A stretch of 64,000 nt of DNA from Klebsiella phage vB_KpnP_PW7: the sequence record PQ409239.1; one strand, given 5' to 3'. Both the position numbers and the translations under genes were made by a program. This document shows, piece after piece, positions 48,101 through 56,357 of the stretch. Below the pieces are notes generated by a model, which searched no databases, was not told where the DNA came from, and saw nothing but the letters and a program-made list of their open reading frames with translations. Every line of letters starts with the position of its first letter. Position 1 is the first letter of the stretch.

Positions 48101-49606
48101 TGCTTGTTCGTTCTGTTGCATTACTCGCTCACCACGGGCTACCAGAGCGTCACGCAGTGGTTTAGTAGCAGCAGACCCAACATTACCTACAGCACGCAAA
48201 CCAGCCATAGTAGTACGAATGGCAGGAGACAGAGCAGCACCCACAGCCTTACCAGCAGCACCAGGAGCTTGTACAACCCCAGCAGCACCAAAGCCATAGA
48301 GAGCACCCAAGCCAAGCTGTTCACCAACACCTTTAGCCAGGTCTTGGTTTTTATCGATGTTCTGCTTTTGTGCAATGTTTTGAGACAGTTGACCAGTGGC
48401 ACCTTGAATACCCTCTTCAATAGTCTCACGACCCATGTTGCTAACTGCTGAACCAAGGGAACCTACACGCATTGGAGCCGTCTCAAAACGAGATACCAAT
48501 GGGCCAGTAGCAGCAGCAATAGGGAATTGAATAGCAGCAGCATCAATACCAGTTTCAGATGCAGTCTGACGACGTGCTTCATCAGGAGACATACCATCAG
48601 CAATGTGCTGTTGGTATACAGGAGATTTAACTAGCAGTTCCTGGTGAGGCATCTTAAGGATGTCACTGGCAGTCTGTTGGTAGACACCACCAGCTTCCAT
48701 TGCACCAATACCTAGCATGCCAGGTGCAACACGACCCGCTTTATCCAGAGCAGCAACACCAATACGAGCCAGTGAGTTAGTACCACTAGCAGCATCGATT
48801 GCAGCAGCTACACGAGCACCCTGTACAGCACGAGTACCAGTAACTACTTTACCAAGGGCATTGATACCTTTAATGATTGGGCCAGCAGCAAACAGGGAAC
48901 CTACACCTTCAGCCAGACCATCAGTTAAAGCAGTACCGTCTTGCATGACGTTACCAACAGAATCCAGTGCATCACGCCCAACAAGAGACAGTGCAGCAAT
49001 GGTAGGGTTAGTACCATCTTTAATATCTTGTTTGTACTGGTTCTCGTTTTCCAGTGCAGTAATCTGACCCTGAGAAGCAACGACCTTACGGCGAGCATTC
49101 AAAGCATCACTCTGTGTAGAGTGTACCCAATCACCCAGGTTACCTAGTTGCTCGGATGCCCAAGCACCAGCATTATCGTTGACCAAGCCTGCCCCAAGAG
49201 CAGCAATACCCCCAAGGGTATTACCAAGACCAAGAGCAACACCAGAAGCAGTGTCAATGGCTCCACGCCCCGGAGTACGTTCAATAGTCTTATCACGGTA
49301 TACCTGGTCAGCAGCATTAGCCCTCTGATTAATAAGTTGAGTACCTTGTTCGATACCATACTTATTAATGAGTTCTAATGGGGAAAGGTTAGTAAAGTCG
49401 GATGCAATAGAACCTTGCTCAAAGGCACCAGTTCCTAGATTTCCAACGCGTCCAGCCTGAAGCTGGTAGGCGTTATCTTGAGAGATAGGAGTAGGGATGA
49501 TACCTTGCTCTGCCTTCTTCTGGTCGGTTGCAGTAGAGACGCTAACTTGCTTGGCATTGGTTACGCTGTCTGCAAACCCAGCCAGTCTGTCAAATGTTGA
49601 CATGGT
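39191..49606 (-). CDS. virion-encapsidated giant RNA polymerase (N4 gp50-like vRNAP)
   Basis: Single ORF of about 3470 aa (a 3.5-kaa protein is diagnostic of N4-like phages), last gene of the late strand; start moved to MSTFDRL with RBS AGGAAA. Confidence 0.8.
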   Translation of the reverse strand, partial: TMSTFDRLAGFADSVTNAKQVSVSTATDQKKAEQGIIPTPISQDNAYQLQAGRVGNLGTGAFEQGSIASDFTNLSPLELINKYGIEQGTQLINQRANAADQVYRDKTIERTPGRGAIDTASGVALGLGNTLGGIAALGAGLVNDNAGAWASEQLGNLGDWVHSTQSDALNARRKVVASQGQITALENENQYKQDIKDGTNPTIAALSLVGRDALDSVGNVMQDGTALTDGLAEGVGSLFAAGPIIKGINALGKVVTGTRAVQGARVAAAIDAASGTNSLARIGVAALDKAGRVAPGMLGIGAMEAGGVYQQTASDILKMPHQELLVKSPVYQQHIADGMSPDEARRQTASETGIDAAAIQFPIAAATGPLVSRFETAPMRVGSLGSAVSNMGRETIEEGIQGATGQLSQNIAQKQNIDKNQDLAKGVGEQLGLGALYGFGAAGVVQAPGAAGKAVGAALSPAIRTTMAGLRAVGNVGSAATKPLRDALVARGERVMQQNEQASPVADETVQAAAQEATAQAANAEETLYTAVNETDATPEQKEAAYRYASDLVNATRFDEAEYADAPDAVKAAVTGSTNRVEAIQKLADLVNSTEETDPQALMTAASYLYDGVMGFEEFVNRDPAALNNLPSDSPANAVLDQYSGLIANIQNTPKVARAFRAINRMVTEAAEQGKLEVGENPTQQEVNNVAMAAQVAPEKLSPESVDMVLKHASEGRIQLNNRQRAALTTAAALLKGAREFDTEAERLGLRPQDIVGKQIKTDESRTEEGQYSALQHAQRIRSAYNSGNLDLAAAYLNDFMQFAQHMSNKVGALNEHLVSGNADKNKSVHYQALTPSREWVRSRTGLGVNPYDTKSVKFAQQVGLEAKTVGDIANALASAYPELKVPHIEVTSLDSRLNDTAAQVVKAFRQSNRDAASSQQTAQPVNQVKESPAQTQEAKPTVTEPVVENTTPVKEVSVQEEKVTKTTPEKVEPAESDATLANEDTTTQPTENKEGTAAVYPNLYSSEKVTNYFVKSFNVPAEPKSRTVGSESPLSDLTKALSSRARYEVYVNQDEANPAFTSDVAKRYSDLMKHGEGIADLLRNRMEKFLSNKNVGKRFAEGTEANRWVGGKLLNIVEQDGDTFKYNEELLQTAVLAGLQWRLTAVQNSAIKDAKDVAAITGMDQSLLPDGLVETFENGMTLVEATNSLAQKIESYWGLERNPNAPLGYTKGIPAAMAAEMLAAFVESGDVTETIINMNEFDPDNNKTVGLYSISKLDEADPINKFPTAIEEAVLVEPEEKIYFGDDIPAVPRNQLRNPAVQNTPEQRKALKAEQETEFFVHEPMVNFYEAMGRDNILALLGAGTVNPELLNVNTARSMEGKNLSVAASYDHLFNVINQVRAQSENISEVPIHYGYNMTRVGRMQMLGKYNPQSAKLVREAILPTKATLDLSSQNSADFSAFQLGLAQALGIKVHNMSRDAMAQKLTAALEVKLKPAVDMMVDFNKTGSLPDNSVEILNTALGGDKSFVALMALMEYARYLNAEDKSAFNTPLYVEADGVTNGPINAMVLMTGGKFSKEWLTNVAKGGLFFGKAGKTMNEHRSIDDSVDLYEASTNALKASLTALRNSYASNPSISTQMNHLTSLMDLFLPDLTLREDGTLELKRGIAKNPLTITIYGSGARGIAGKMVSAITDAIYERMSDVLQARANNPNVSAAMAMFGKQAASEEHAEQMLKRFLADMDALTSAIPVKRKNVLQIEEAGPGMKGKLNPQKFTVQGEQLKALQENMLHFFVEPMREGISQTVGQGLMFSTEQLQKATQIQSVVLEDLFKQRVQAKLLEKEKDPTWKKGDFLTQKELNDIQASLNNLAPMIETGSQTFYIAGSENSEVANQVLATNLDDRMRVPMSIYAPSQAGVAGIPFMTIGTGDGMMMQTLSTMKGAPKNTLKIFDGMNIGLNDIEDASRKANEAVYTSWQGNPIKNVYDSFAKFMKNVDFNELSPEAIDAIKASALEFTEREKATIDDIQAASAQIERNLRNIALGVDIRHKIMDKVQTTVDQMAAVGAPYVNQGKIDLSNMTVDEQVAELNRLFDEELQSRKSATKPVKAKPEVGFDTVGRAHKTGVRILSNTAISNLAKAMKMTAEQSAVLNEIQKSLSAKDYKVIYGTPAQLSAYAKEKNLTELSSQEMEAAQEGDIHGWTNFDDQTIYLVSPSMETLVHELVHAATFEKVLAHYSNENSDPTVKDAVENIEQLMEQFRNLDMSRENPAMRDAYEDALYTIDGHLNNGFVEPGLAKAAAVNEFMAWGLTNRALTMKQKTTLSVVRIAKDVYAAIKKLIWGRKVAPKVADDMFSNLLFNSAVLMRSQPTTQATATDGTLFHNTTYGNNDRLTELNKTFDNLVTNYLRVSPVDQIERKGKVQDALMLATSMTRSVQAHGFPMTMQEQSVFQMVVAAMATEAQIDSLAMSRAQELFAHVSKNLKVEDFMSNPDSTDPADRYYAQEKFNTVLGTNIAGTDKQGRSTLLPVFMGLAMVNDEFRAVLEKMPVPKADLKLNNTLDNILTNAGTQAMESLNTRLAGDNKSQNVQESIDALTNRITEASLNRESFYDSVANPTGSMIDRANQYVIDGVERLADATLDRARDVAANTSNPLVKATAHAAQLVAAVATEKNGEKVAQGVMAAMNQGKVWKPFHDLVNDIVGRTKTNANVYDMIKAVRSQIQQDRQQFRENLPTIIAEKFTRELSKEEWGAMHTGLGKTDLAVLRETMSMGDIRDLLSDSKLVDAEINKLEASLSAQAGRNWGLIERKSKQLAKYMITGVVGNNLLRNAYAISRLLGERTAAKSTVDVAALDKLITLYALETMNKADRDILSSLAQSEVEGMDFSLSYMVGQRVEEVRKANSDPRTKLNSYKGYIPTMQQQGVNLIVAEDGDFGLLNERSYVRVGTYTGSSADTNKASRGYYFSPVAARAPFSQGILQNVRDTANGVDVGTGFTMNTMVAGRITDMHTVKRIQKAMARGERGDEPLLPIYDDKGMVVAYERSVNPDMLKHLNQDNHFAKMVGVWRGRQVEEAKAQAYNDALIERLHDMYEADLKESSSNQSQYVNVFGQTNDAVLSDAVKLMNLETRKKAESLFGENQLWVRRDMLNDAFGYRSASVGDAWTGNSRWNDETLDTVKKMFIGAFGNKAYRYMMNAENTIQSAVKDAKTLIVVKSMVVPAVNFLANIYQMIGRGVPVKDIAVNLPRKTSEINQYLKSRIRQIEAEAELRASTNPNQSRKLEAEIQSITDSHKRMSIWPLIERGEFSSIADSGIGRDEILITEGKLHQYIDQLANKLPKGLRTAGRYALITKDTALFQGIQKTVEYSDFIAKAIIYDDLTKRKKMGKAEALGRVTEEFVNYDRLPGRFRGYMESMGLMWFYNFKIRSAKVAVSMIRNNPVHSLIATVVPAPTMFGNVGLPIQDNMFSLMADGRLDYSFGFGQGLRAPSLNPWHNLVN

Positions 49607-49663
49607 AGGTTTCCTATTCAAACTTATATCTATTAGAGAACACACTATATACAAAGTGTGAGC

Positions 49664-49688
49664 GAGAAAAAAGCCCCGAAGGGCTTTA
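49664..49688 (-). terminator. rho-independent terminator immediately upstream of the vRNAP gene
   Basis: On the reverse strand: AAAGCCCC ttcg GGGGCTTT followed by TTTCTC. Confidence 0.55.
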
Positions 49689-49704
49689 GTTAGTATGAGG
49701 GAAT

Positions 49705-51654
49705 TTAGCGAGTTTGCATATAGCCAGGAATCTGGTTGGCCTGTCGCAAATAGCGTTCTGCCCTTGCATCATTCTCCCGTTTTACAGCCCGGTCAGTAGT
49801 AGCCTGAGACTGGAAGGTACGAGGAGCCAGGTTCTGTGGGTCAGCAGTTACTTGTTGCTGTGCTGCCTGAAGCATCATCTGTGCACGTTCTACAGCAGCT
49901 TGGCGAGAAGGTAACAGAGCAGTCAGTGCAGTTTGACCAGTACTGATTTTGTTCTGTGTATTCTGCAATTGAGCCAATGCAGCATCGTAAGCTTGCTGTG
50001 CAGCTTGTACGTTCTGTGCAGCCTGAGCTGTAGACAGGTTACGTACAGATTGCTCCAGAGGTTCCCCACGTTGCAGTGCACCAACCATTTGGTCTACAGC
50101 ATCGTCATTAAGACGGGTACCGTTACCAGCTTCATTGGAGATGAACGGGTTAAGTCCTTGCAGCCCACGCCAAATCATGTTTTCAGGTACGTTAGTCTGT
50201 GCACGTTGCATGACGGTTGCAGCCATAGCAGGTGACACACCAGCACGTTGAGCAATTTCATTAACACGAGCCAGTACCCAGTTACGGTCAGCACCCTTGA
50301 AATCATTCTCTAGCAGACGGTTAACAACTTCACCAGGGGTAGCAGTATCACCCAGAGTACGGAGGTAATCTGGTACGTTACCCACTGCATTGTTTTCCAT
50401 CAAACGAGTACCAATCATACCAGTAGCCAGATTACTTACTGCCTGATTGCCTTGTACAGCTTGCTGTACTGCAAGAGGGTTTGACCCTACTTCAGCTTGT
50501 GCAATAAGACCCTTCATCTCATTCCAAGTTCTGTTCTTATAAGCACCTACGGTAGAGTCTGGTAATGCAGCCCAAGTATCTTTAAGGTTGCCGTTTTTGC
50601 GTGCATTAAAAATAGCTTCCCCAATCTTGTCCTGGTTCTCAGGAGAAAGTGGCATGTTACGCCAGTTTTCACCTAATACTTTAGGAGCAAAATCTTCAAG
50701 GGTAGCCTTGTTAATCTGATAAGCACCAACAGGGGAAGCACCCTGGGAGCTAATCATATTAGCCTGGTGGTTGGTTACTTCACCAATACTCATCTGAGTG
50801 ATTGGCTTGCTGGTTCCCTGGAATTGGTAGGTCACGTCAAACGGACTACCACTACGAGTGCCAGCAGTGCCTGGAGCAGAAGTAACGTTGTTACCATAAG
50901 TGCCTGGGTATTGCTGGGCCAGTAACCCCTGGAGTCGAGCTTGAGCCGTTGGCGAAAGACCTCTGCTATATGCTTCTGCAAGGATACGAGCATCGTTAGG
51001 GTTCTCCGCACCTCGTACAATTTGGGACAGTGCACCAATAGCAGCTTGGCTATCTGCATCGTCACGCATGTTAGTACCAAGGTTGAACAGGTCACGACGC
51101 TGACCAATGGCATTGCTACCTTGGTTCTGAAGTCGGCCCATAATCTCTTGAACCTGGTCAGCAGGCAGAGCATCTAATGCACCACCATATTGCTGTTGTG
51201 CTCGTGCAATAGTATTGGGGTCACCACTTTGGTAAGCCAGAGCCAGTTGACGTAAAGCAGGAGAGGCTGCATCACCACGGGCATCCAAGTCTTGCATACG
51301 ACCGGTACGATAAGTGTTGTAATCCAAAGCTTGTTGCTGAGTAGCTTGGTTCAACAGATTACCTGTACGGTTATCAAGATTTTCCAAAGTACGGTTAGAA
51401 ATCAAAGAGGGGTCTACCCCCTGAAACAGAGCACCACTTGCCAGAGCATTACGGTACTCAGTAGGGTCTTGATATTGCAGAGCATTCTGCATTACTTGGT
51501 TACCCACCTCTTGTCTTGCAGCAGTCTGAAAATTACCCAGTGCATCGCTAAGACCAGCAGTAGCATTACCAAGCAGACCACTGAATGAACGAATGCTATC
51601 ACCAACTCCAGAGAAGTTAGGTGCATCAACATTTCGCCAAGTAATCTGAGCCAT
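49705..51654 (-). CDS. virion/ejection protein (N4 gp51-like); possible lytic-transglycosylase-like motif
   Basis: 649 aa, Q/A/N-rich; segment GEVTNHQANMISSQGASPVGAYQI loosely resembles the SLT ES...GA.GLMQ motif. Confidence 0.4.
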   Translation of the reverse strand: MAQITWRNVDAPNFSGVGDSIRSFSGLLGNATAGLSDALGNFQTAARQEVGNQVMQNALQYQDPTEYRNALASGALFQGVDPSLISNRTLENLDNRTGNLLNQATQQQALDYNTYRTGRMQDLDARGDAASPALRQLALAYQSGDPNTIARAQQQYGGALDALPADQVQEIMGRLQNQGSNAIGQRRDLFNLGTNMRDDADSQAAIGALSQIVRGAENPNDARILAEAYSRGLSPTAQARLQGLLAQQYPGTYGNNVTSAPGTAGTRSGSPFDVTYQFQGTSKPITQMSIGEVTNHQANMISSQGASPVGAYQINKATLEDFAPKVLGENWRNMPLSPENQDKIGEAIFNARKNGNLKDTWAALPDSTVGAYKNRTWNEMKGLIAQAEVGSNPLAVQQAVQGNQAVSNLATGMIGTRLMENNAVGNVPDYLRTLGDTATPGEVVNRLLENDFKGADRNWVLARVNEIAQRAGVSPAMAATVMQRAQTNVPENMIWRGLQGLNPFISNEAGNGTRLNDDAVDQMVGALQRGEPLEQSVRNLSTAQAAQNVQAAQQAYDAALAQLQNTQNKISTGQTALTALLPSRQAAVERAQMMLQAAQQQVTADPQNLAPRTFQSQATTDRAVKRENDARAERYLRQANQIPGYMQTR

Positions 51655-51663
51655 AATTACCCC

Positions 51664-52104
51664 TTAACGAGTAAGCTTGTTACGTTCGATATAAGCATCT
51701 GCTGAGGCAGAATCACGGTTCTCTGCTACAGCACGGCTACGAGCACGGTCTTCTAACGCAGTGTTATAAGACTTAATCTGGTTGTTCAGGTTGGTATTCG
51801 CAATGCCTTTAGCAAAGTTAAACTGGTCCTTAGCGAGTTTATTGGATTGGAATGCACCATAAAGATTACCCAATGAACCAAGGGCACCAAGCCCCAATTG
51901 AAAGGTTGGGATATTCATACCCAGTTGGTCAGACAGCCCAGTAAGGGGAGTGCTGTTAGAGCCTCCTAGAGAACCAGCCAAGGACGTATCAGGTTGGTAG
52001 GTCATAGCAGGGGTATTAAAACCCATGTTACTATTACCATTATTAGCCCACTGGAAGGCACCAACTGAAGGTTGCGAGTTACCAGTTAAGAAGCTTAAAT
52101 CCAT
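51664..52104 (-). CDS. virion protein (N4 gp52-like)
   Basis: 146 aa, Gly/Ser/Asn-rich, at the syntenic position. Confidence 0.4.
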   Translation of the reverse strand: MDLSFLTGNSQPSVGAFQWANNGNSNMGFNTPAMTYQPDTSLAGSLGGSNSTPLTGLSDQLGMNIPTFQLGLGALGSLGNLYGAFQSNKLAKDQFNFAKGIANTNLNNQIKSYNTALEDRARSRAVAENRDSASADAYIERNKLTR

Positions 52105-52115
52105 CAGGACTTACC

Positions 52116-54776
52116 TCACGTTAAATCAATATTAGTGGTTATATCAGCAAAGTTTGTAATCATGTCCATGGACATACTTGCGATATCTGAACCAGTCATG
52201 AGAGTACGGTTAGTGAAGCAATCAAGTGACTCAATCCCAATAAAGGATAGTGGGTCGATTATGCCTGAACCGTCAGTACCAAACATTTCCTGGTACTTAC
52301 TCTGAATAGCTTTAGAGTCAGTATTGTACTGCTGTAACACTTCCTCCGTCTTACGAATAGTATCAGCAGTACTTGCATTAATATACTGACTAATGCCGTT
52401 GCCTACCGATGAGGTGAGCATAGTTAAGTTTTGAGCACTAGCCATGTTAGCAATCATGGTGGACATAGAGGTACCCGTAGAAAGTGCAGTACCCACGTTC
52501 ATTGCTATAAAGGAGGCAATAGCAGTAACGATAAGACCAAGTTTATCACCAAACAATGCAGTAGAAACTTTACCAATAATGGACATAACAACCATAGCAG
52601 CTACTGCATTAGCAATAGCTCCTACGATAATGGCAGCAATACCAGCAAAACCTAATGCAGCACCAACCGAACCGTATGCACCAAGGATACCTGCACCAGC
52701 AGCTGCACCAGTACCCATAGATACAACTGATATAACAATAGCTACAACAATGACTGCTATCTTAAATGCCCCAGATTGATACCACTTCTGCTTAACCTTT
52801 TTATAGCTATTGAGGACTAAGTAAGTACAAGCAGTAGATAGCTGAGTACTGCGAACCAGTGACATGGAACGGTAAATGTTGGTATGCAGTGGAATAAGGA
52901 ATCCTGACTCATCTGCATCATCTAAGGCTTCCTTAGCAGTAGAGTCAACACTCTTATCCTTATAGACCATGTTACGGTGCCGTAAACCGTACACGGTTAA
53001 TTTTTTATACGTACCGTTGCCAGTTTGCCAGAGCATCTCAAATGCAGGCATAGTCTTGGAACTGGTGTACTCAACAAGGTCACCCTGAGTATTAGTACGA
53101 TATGACTTACGAGTTAGGGTAATAGTCTCCCCCATCTGAGTTTTAAGTTCACCTTTCTTAGCACCTTCCCATGCAACACCAGTATGACTAGTCTCAAAAA
53201 TGTAGTTCCACTCTACGGTCATATCAAACTTGTAACCCTTGGTACTACGTACTCTGTATTCTCTTTTTGGGATAACAGGATACTCAGGAGGGTTTGGTGG
53301 AGTACTGACAACTACAGAACCACTGGTGTTATCTGCCCACCATTGGGAATATTCCTCTGCATCCATATTAGCCAACTCATACGCCTGTATGATGGATTCC
53401 ATAGTTGGGTAGTTTGGGTCAGTAGGAAAAGCTTCAGCAGCCATCTCAAAGAAACGGAATATGTACTCTTTAGCTGTATCTTCCGGGGTATTGAGTGCAC
53501 AGCCAAAAGCACCATAGATGTATTGAATGTCATCAATGTCATCGTTGTCTTTAAGTGTATCCAATACTTTATTAAGTTTGCCCCCAGTAGCCTTACGCAA
53601 AGCAGTCTTACAAAATGGATACATTTCCTCATCTTGGTCTACCCAAGTCTTATCCGCCCTCATTGGAATAAAGGGGTAAAACCTGCTGTCATCAGAGTAA
53701 GTATTAAACAACGAATCCAGTTCAGCATTACCATCCCCCTCTTTATAGATAAAGAGGTGTGGTTCGCCAGCAGCATCAGTAATGGTTTTGGTCGATACAG
53801 TCTGGGATGTATACTCAATATCTATGTACTCACTGGTAGTAGTCGTAACTCGTGTTTCAATAACACCCCCACCAAGGTCAATCTCCTCAGTGACTGTATT
53901 AGTACTGGTTTTCTTGGTTCCCAGCTTAGTATGGGTCATAACACGGTTATCTATGATTACCTGAGCAGTAGTAAGAGACAGGTTAAAACCTCTCTTATAC
54001 ACCTTAATGTAATCATTCCAGGTTTCAGTATCTATATCAGTTGTAGAGGTTTCCTCATCTGGTCTTCCATCAGAAAAACTTGAGTGAACCACTACAGTAG
54101 TGTTAAGGGTTTCACTTCTTGGAGTAAAGTCCTCAGACACGGTGGACCAGAATAAAGTAGACGGTAATTCACTTTCATTACTGAAAGTAAGCAAAGGACC
54201 AACTACAGGTGGGTCTTCTTTAGGGTCAGAATAATACGTGTAATCTACGTAGAGATAACGGGAACCCTGTTCAAAATTGACAGGAGTAAACTGAATAGTA
54301 GAACCACCTTCCTGGGATTCCATAGTGATAACGCCAGTCTCGTCATCAATATCAATCTCAAACTGTTCATCGATACGAGATGGTGCGTTTTCATAGATGT
54401 ACTGGTCACACCATTCCTGGAAGTCACCAAAGCCAATGTCAGCACTTTGTACGTAAAGTACCTTACCATCCTTGGTAGGTAGACTACGTTTAACCAGTTC
54501 CGGGTCAATTTTAGTAAGGGTGTTCAACGTAGGACTGGTAAGCCCAATATGTTCATCAAAGTGGTTCTTACTCCAACTTGAGAACAGACGCATACGAATG
54601 CCTGGGCCACTAATGTAGCTATTACTGATGACATCACCCATAGAGAAGTTACTGGCATTGAGTATTCCACCAATGACAGTAGTCTTCATATAGTTAGGAC
54701 GATTGTTGATATCCCCTGCCAGATTATAAACAGAGGATGCTACATAGATTTTAGTCTTTCCGCTGAACAGTCCCAT
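52116..54776 (-). CDS. large virion/ejection protein with C-terminal Gly/Ala-rich multi-TM region (N4 gp53-like)
   Basis: 886 aa; residues about 640-760 form long hydrophobic G/A/I/V stretches. Confidence 0.45.
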   Translation of the reverse strand: MGLFSGKTKIYVASSVYNLAGDINNRPNYMKTTVIGGILNASNFSMGDVISNSYISGPGIRMRLFSSWSKNHFDEHIGLTSPTLNTLTKIDPELVKRSLPTKDGKVLYVQSADIGFGDFQEWCDQYIYENAPSRIDEQFEIDIDDETGVITMESQEGGSTIQFTPVNFEQGSRYLYVDYTYYSDPKEDPPVVGPLLTFSNESELPSTLFWSTVSEDFTPRSETLNTTVVVHSSFSDGRPDEETSTTDIDTETWNDYIKVYKRGFNLSLTTAQVIIDNRVMTHTKLGTKKTSTNTVTEEIDLGGGVIETRVTTTTSEYIDIEYTSQTVSTKTITDAAGEPHLFIYKEGDGNAELDSLFNTYSDDSRFYPFIPMRADKTWVDQDEEMYPFCKTALRKATGGKLNKVLDTLKDNDDIDDIQYIYGAFGCALNTPEDTAKEYIFRFFEMAAEAFPTDPNYPTMESIIQAYELANMDAEEYSQWWADNTSGSVVVSTPPNPPEYPVIPKREYRVRSTKGYKFDMTVEWNYIFETSHTGVAWEGAKKGELKTQMGETITLTRKSYRTNTQGDLVEYTSSKTMPAFEMLWQTGNGTYKKLTVYGLRHRNMVYKDKSVDSTAKEALDDADESGFLIPLHTNIYRSMSLVRSTQLSTACTYLVLNSYKKVKQKWYQSGAFKIAVIVVAIVISVVSMGTGAAAGAGILGAYGSVGAALGFAGIAAIIVGAIANAVAAMVVMSIIGKVSTALFGDKLGLIVTAIASFIAMNVGTALSTGTSMSTMIANMASAQNLTMLTSSVGNGISQYINASTADTIRKTEEVLQQYNTDSKAIQSKYQEMFGTDGSGIIDPLSFIGIESLDCFTNRTLMTGSDIASMSMDMITNFADITTNIDLT

Positions 54777-54779
54777 ACA

Positions 54780-55610
54780 TTATCCCAAGTTGTTGTTCGA
54801 TTTCAGGGTCATAAGAATTGGGTTGATTTGGTCATTGGTGAAACCATCCGGTGGAACCAGACCTTCATCAATAGTCTTCTGAGTAATCCACGCATCAGTA
54901 AACAACTTAGCTGCTTTAACCTCAGAGTCACGCTTATAGCTAGTAATCTGTTGGTCATACAGGTCTTTTTGCTTACCAATGCTACCCTTAATTGGCAGGG
55001 CATCAGAACGAGTATCCTGAGTCTGAGCACGCTGTACTTCATACTGCTCTTGTAACAAGCGTTCCTGAGCAGGAAGGATATTGTCCAGGTTAAAAAGTGC
55101 AGTGCAGTAGTTCTGACTTTCCGTAGAAAGCTTCAGCTTAGTTAAAGCATACTCAGACTTAGTAGTCAGTGCCTGTACTTTAGCAAGTACAAACTGAGCT
55201 TTAGCCGTTGCCAAACCAACACGTGCAGTAACTGCTTGAATCTGTGCCAGTGCTGCCTGGAAGTAAGCAGAGTCACGACCTAACAGGAATTGAACAGCAT
55301 TACCCATACATGCTTCTAAAGTAGCAATGTAGGCTTTAGTGTACTCACCACCGGTAATTCGGTTCTCTTTAAACTCAGCCTTAAGATGCTTACTGGCTGA
55401 TTCCATCAGTGCATCGAATACACCAGAGCCACCTACTTCACGAGTAGTAAGGGATTCGTTGGTGATACGGGGTACTTCTGCAAAGATTGGAGAATCATCG
55501 CCACCTGGGATATCCCAGTTAGTCATATCAACTTCTGGTAGGGTAAAGTCCTCACCAGCAGTAAGTGCTAACAGCAATCGGTTAGCTTCTGTTTCTGCCC
55601 CACAAGACAT
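54780..55610 (-). CDS. virion protein (N4 gp54-like)
   Basis: Start MSCGAE with RBS AAGAGGAAAAG; 276 aa. Confidence 0.4.
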   Translation of the reverse strand: MSCGAETEANRLLLALTAGEDFTLPEVDMTNWDIPGGDDSPIFAEVPRITNESLTTREVGGSGVFDALMESASKHLKAEFKENRITGGEYTKAYIATLEACMGNAVQFLLGRDSAYFQAALAQIQAVTARVGLATAKAQFVLAKVQALTTKSEYALTKLKLSTESQNYCTALFNLDNILPAQERLLQEQYEVQRAQTQDTRSDALPIKGSIGKQKDLYDQQITSYKRDSEVKAAKLFTDAWITQKTIDEGLVPPDGFTNDQINPILMTLKSNNNLG

Positions 55611-55686
55611 AATCTTTTCCTCTTGGTTCAAATGAAAACGGCCCACGGTATATTACCAATGGGCCGTGTTAGCATCAGCTTATACT

Positions 55687-56325
55687 TTAATCGTCGTTTA
55701 AGCTACCAGCTGCAAGCTGGGCTTGACCCAGTTGCTTCAACTCTTCTGGGGTCAGAGGAGGCAGAATTTCAATTGCGAATTCACGAACCCATTGTTGCTC
55801 TACACGTTCTTTGCCATTACGCCCTTTCTTAACGCTAACGTGCAGGAACTTACGACTCTTAAGCAGTTTGTAGAGGCAGTAAGGGATGTGGTAACCATTA
55901 TCGGTTGCTTCCCCATACGGGACGAACTTACGAACAGTACCCATATAGTCGTTAGCAACGGTAAGAATTTCACCCGGAAGGTCTTTCTTTTTCGGGTCCA
56001 GGTTTTGAATACGTACACGAACCAGTCGAGTATTCTCAAGACGGATACGTTGAGCCATGCTCAGTTTATCTTCTTGTACGGTAGTAGTAGCCAGTGGATT
56101 TACTTCAGGTTGTTCTTGTTCAGTGATGCCTTCCTGTGCATCTGCCACCTTTTTACGCAGTGCTTCCAATCCGATGTTATTAGAGAATTTGATACCCATC
56201 ATGGTTGCACGTTGCTTAAGAATGGTCATCTCATCAACTTGTAACTCATCAACGGAATCGTTGCCCTGAACGTTGTCAGTGGTCGGCTTGTCGTTAATGC
56301 TCATGTCATGTTTCCTTTGGTTCAA
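55687..56325 (-). CDS. hypothetical structural protein
   Basis: 212 aa, downstream of the major capsid gene. Confidence 0.4.
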   Translation of the reverse strand: MNQRKHDMSINDKPTTDNVQGNDSVDELQVDEMTILKQRATMMGIKFSNNIGLEALRKKVADAQEGITEQEQPEVNPLATTTVQEDKLSMAQRIRLENTRLVRVRIQNLDPKKKDLPGEILTVANDYMGTVRKFVPYGEATDNGYHIPYCLYKLLKSRKFLHVSVKKGRNGKERVEQQWVREFAIEILPPLTPEELKQLGQAQLAAGSLNDD

Positions 56326-56350
56326 TTAAAGGGGGGAGTTACCTCCCCCG
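56321..56350 (-). terminator. terminator after the major capsid gene (possibly bidirectional)
   Basis: GGGGGGAG ttac CTCCCCC with T-rich flanks on both strands. Confidence 0.55.
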
Positions 56351-56357
56351 TATTTTA

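Noticed and set aside
40916-49378. About 25 forward-strand ORFs of 60-235 aa inside the vRNAP gene
   Set aside because: All lie antisense within one continuous 3.47-kaa reverse-strand ORF and have low-complexity S/T/L/C-rich translations and no RBS. They are artefacts of strand composition.
53184-54083. Forward-strand 299-aa ORF inside the 886-aa virion protein gene
   Set aside because: Antisense to a long late gene whose product has clear membrane-protein features; the antisense translation is low-complexity and rich in Ser, Ile and Phe.
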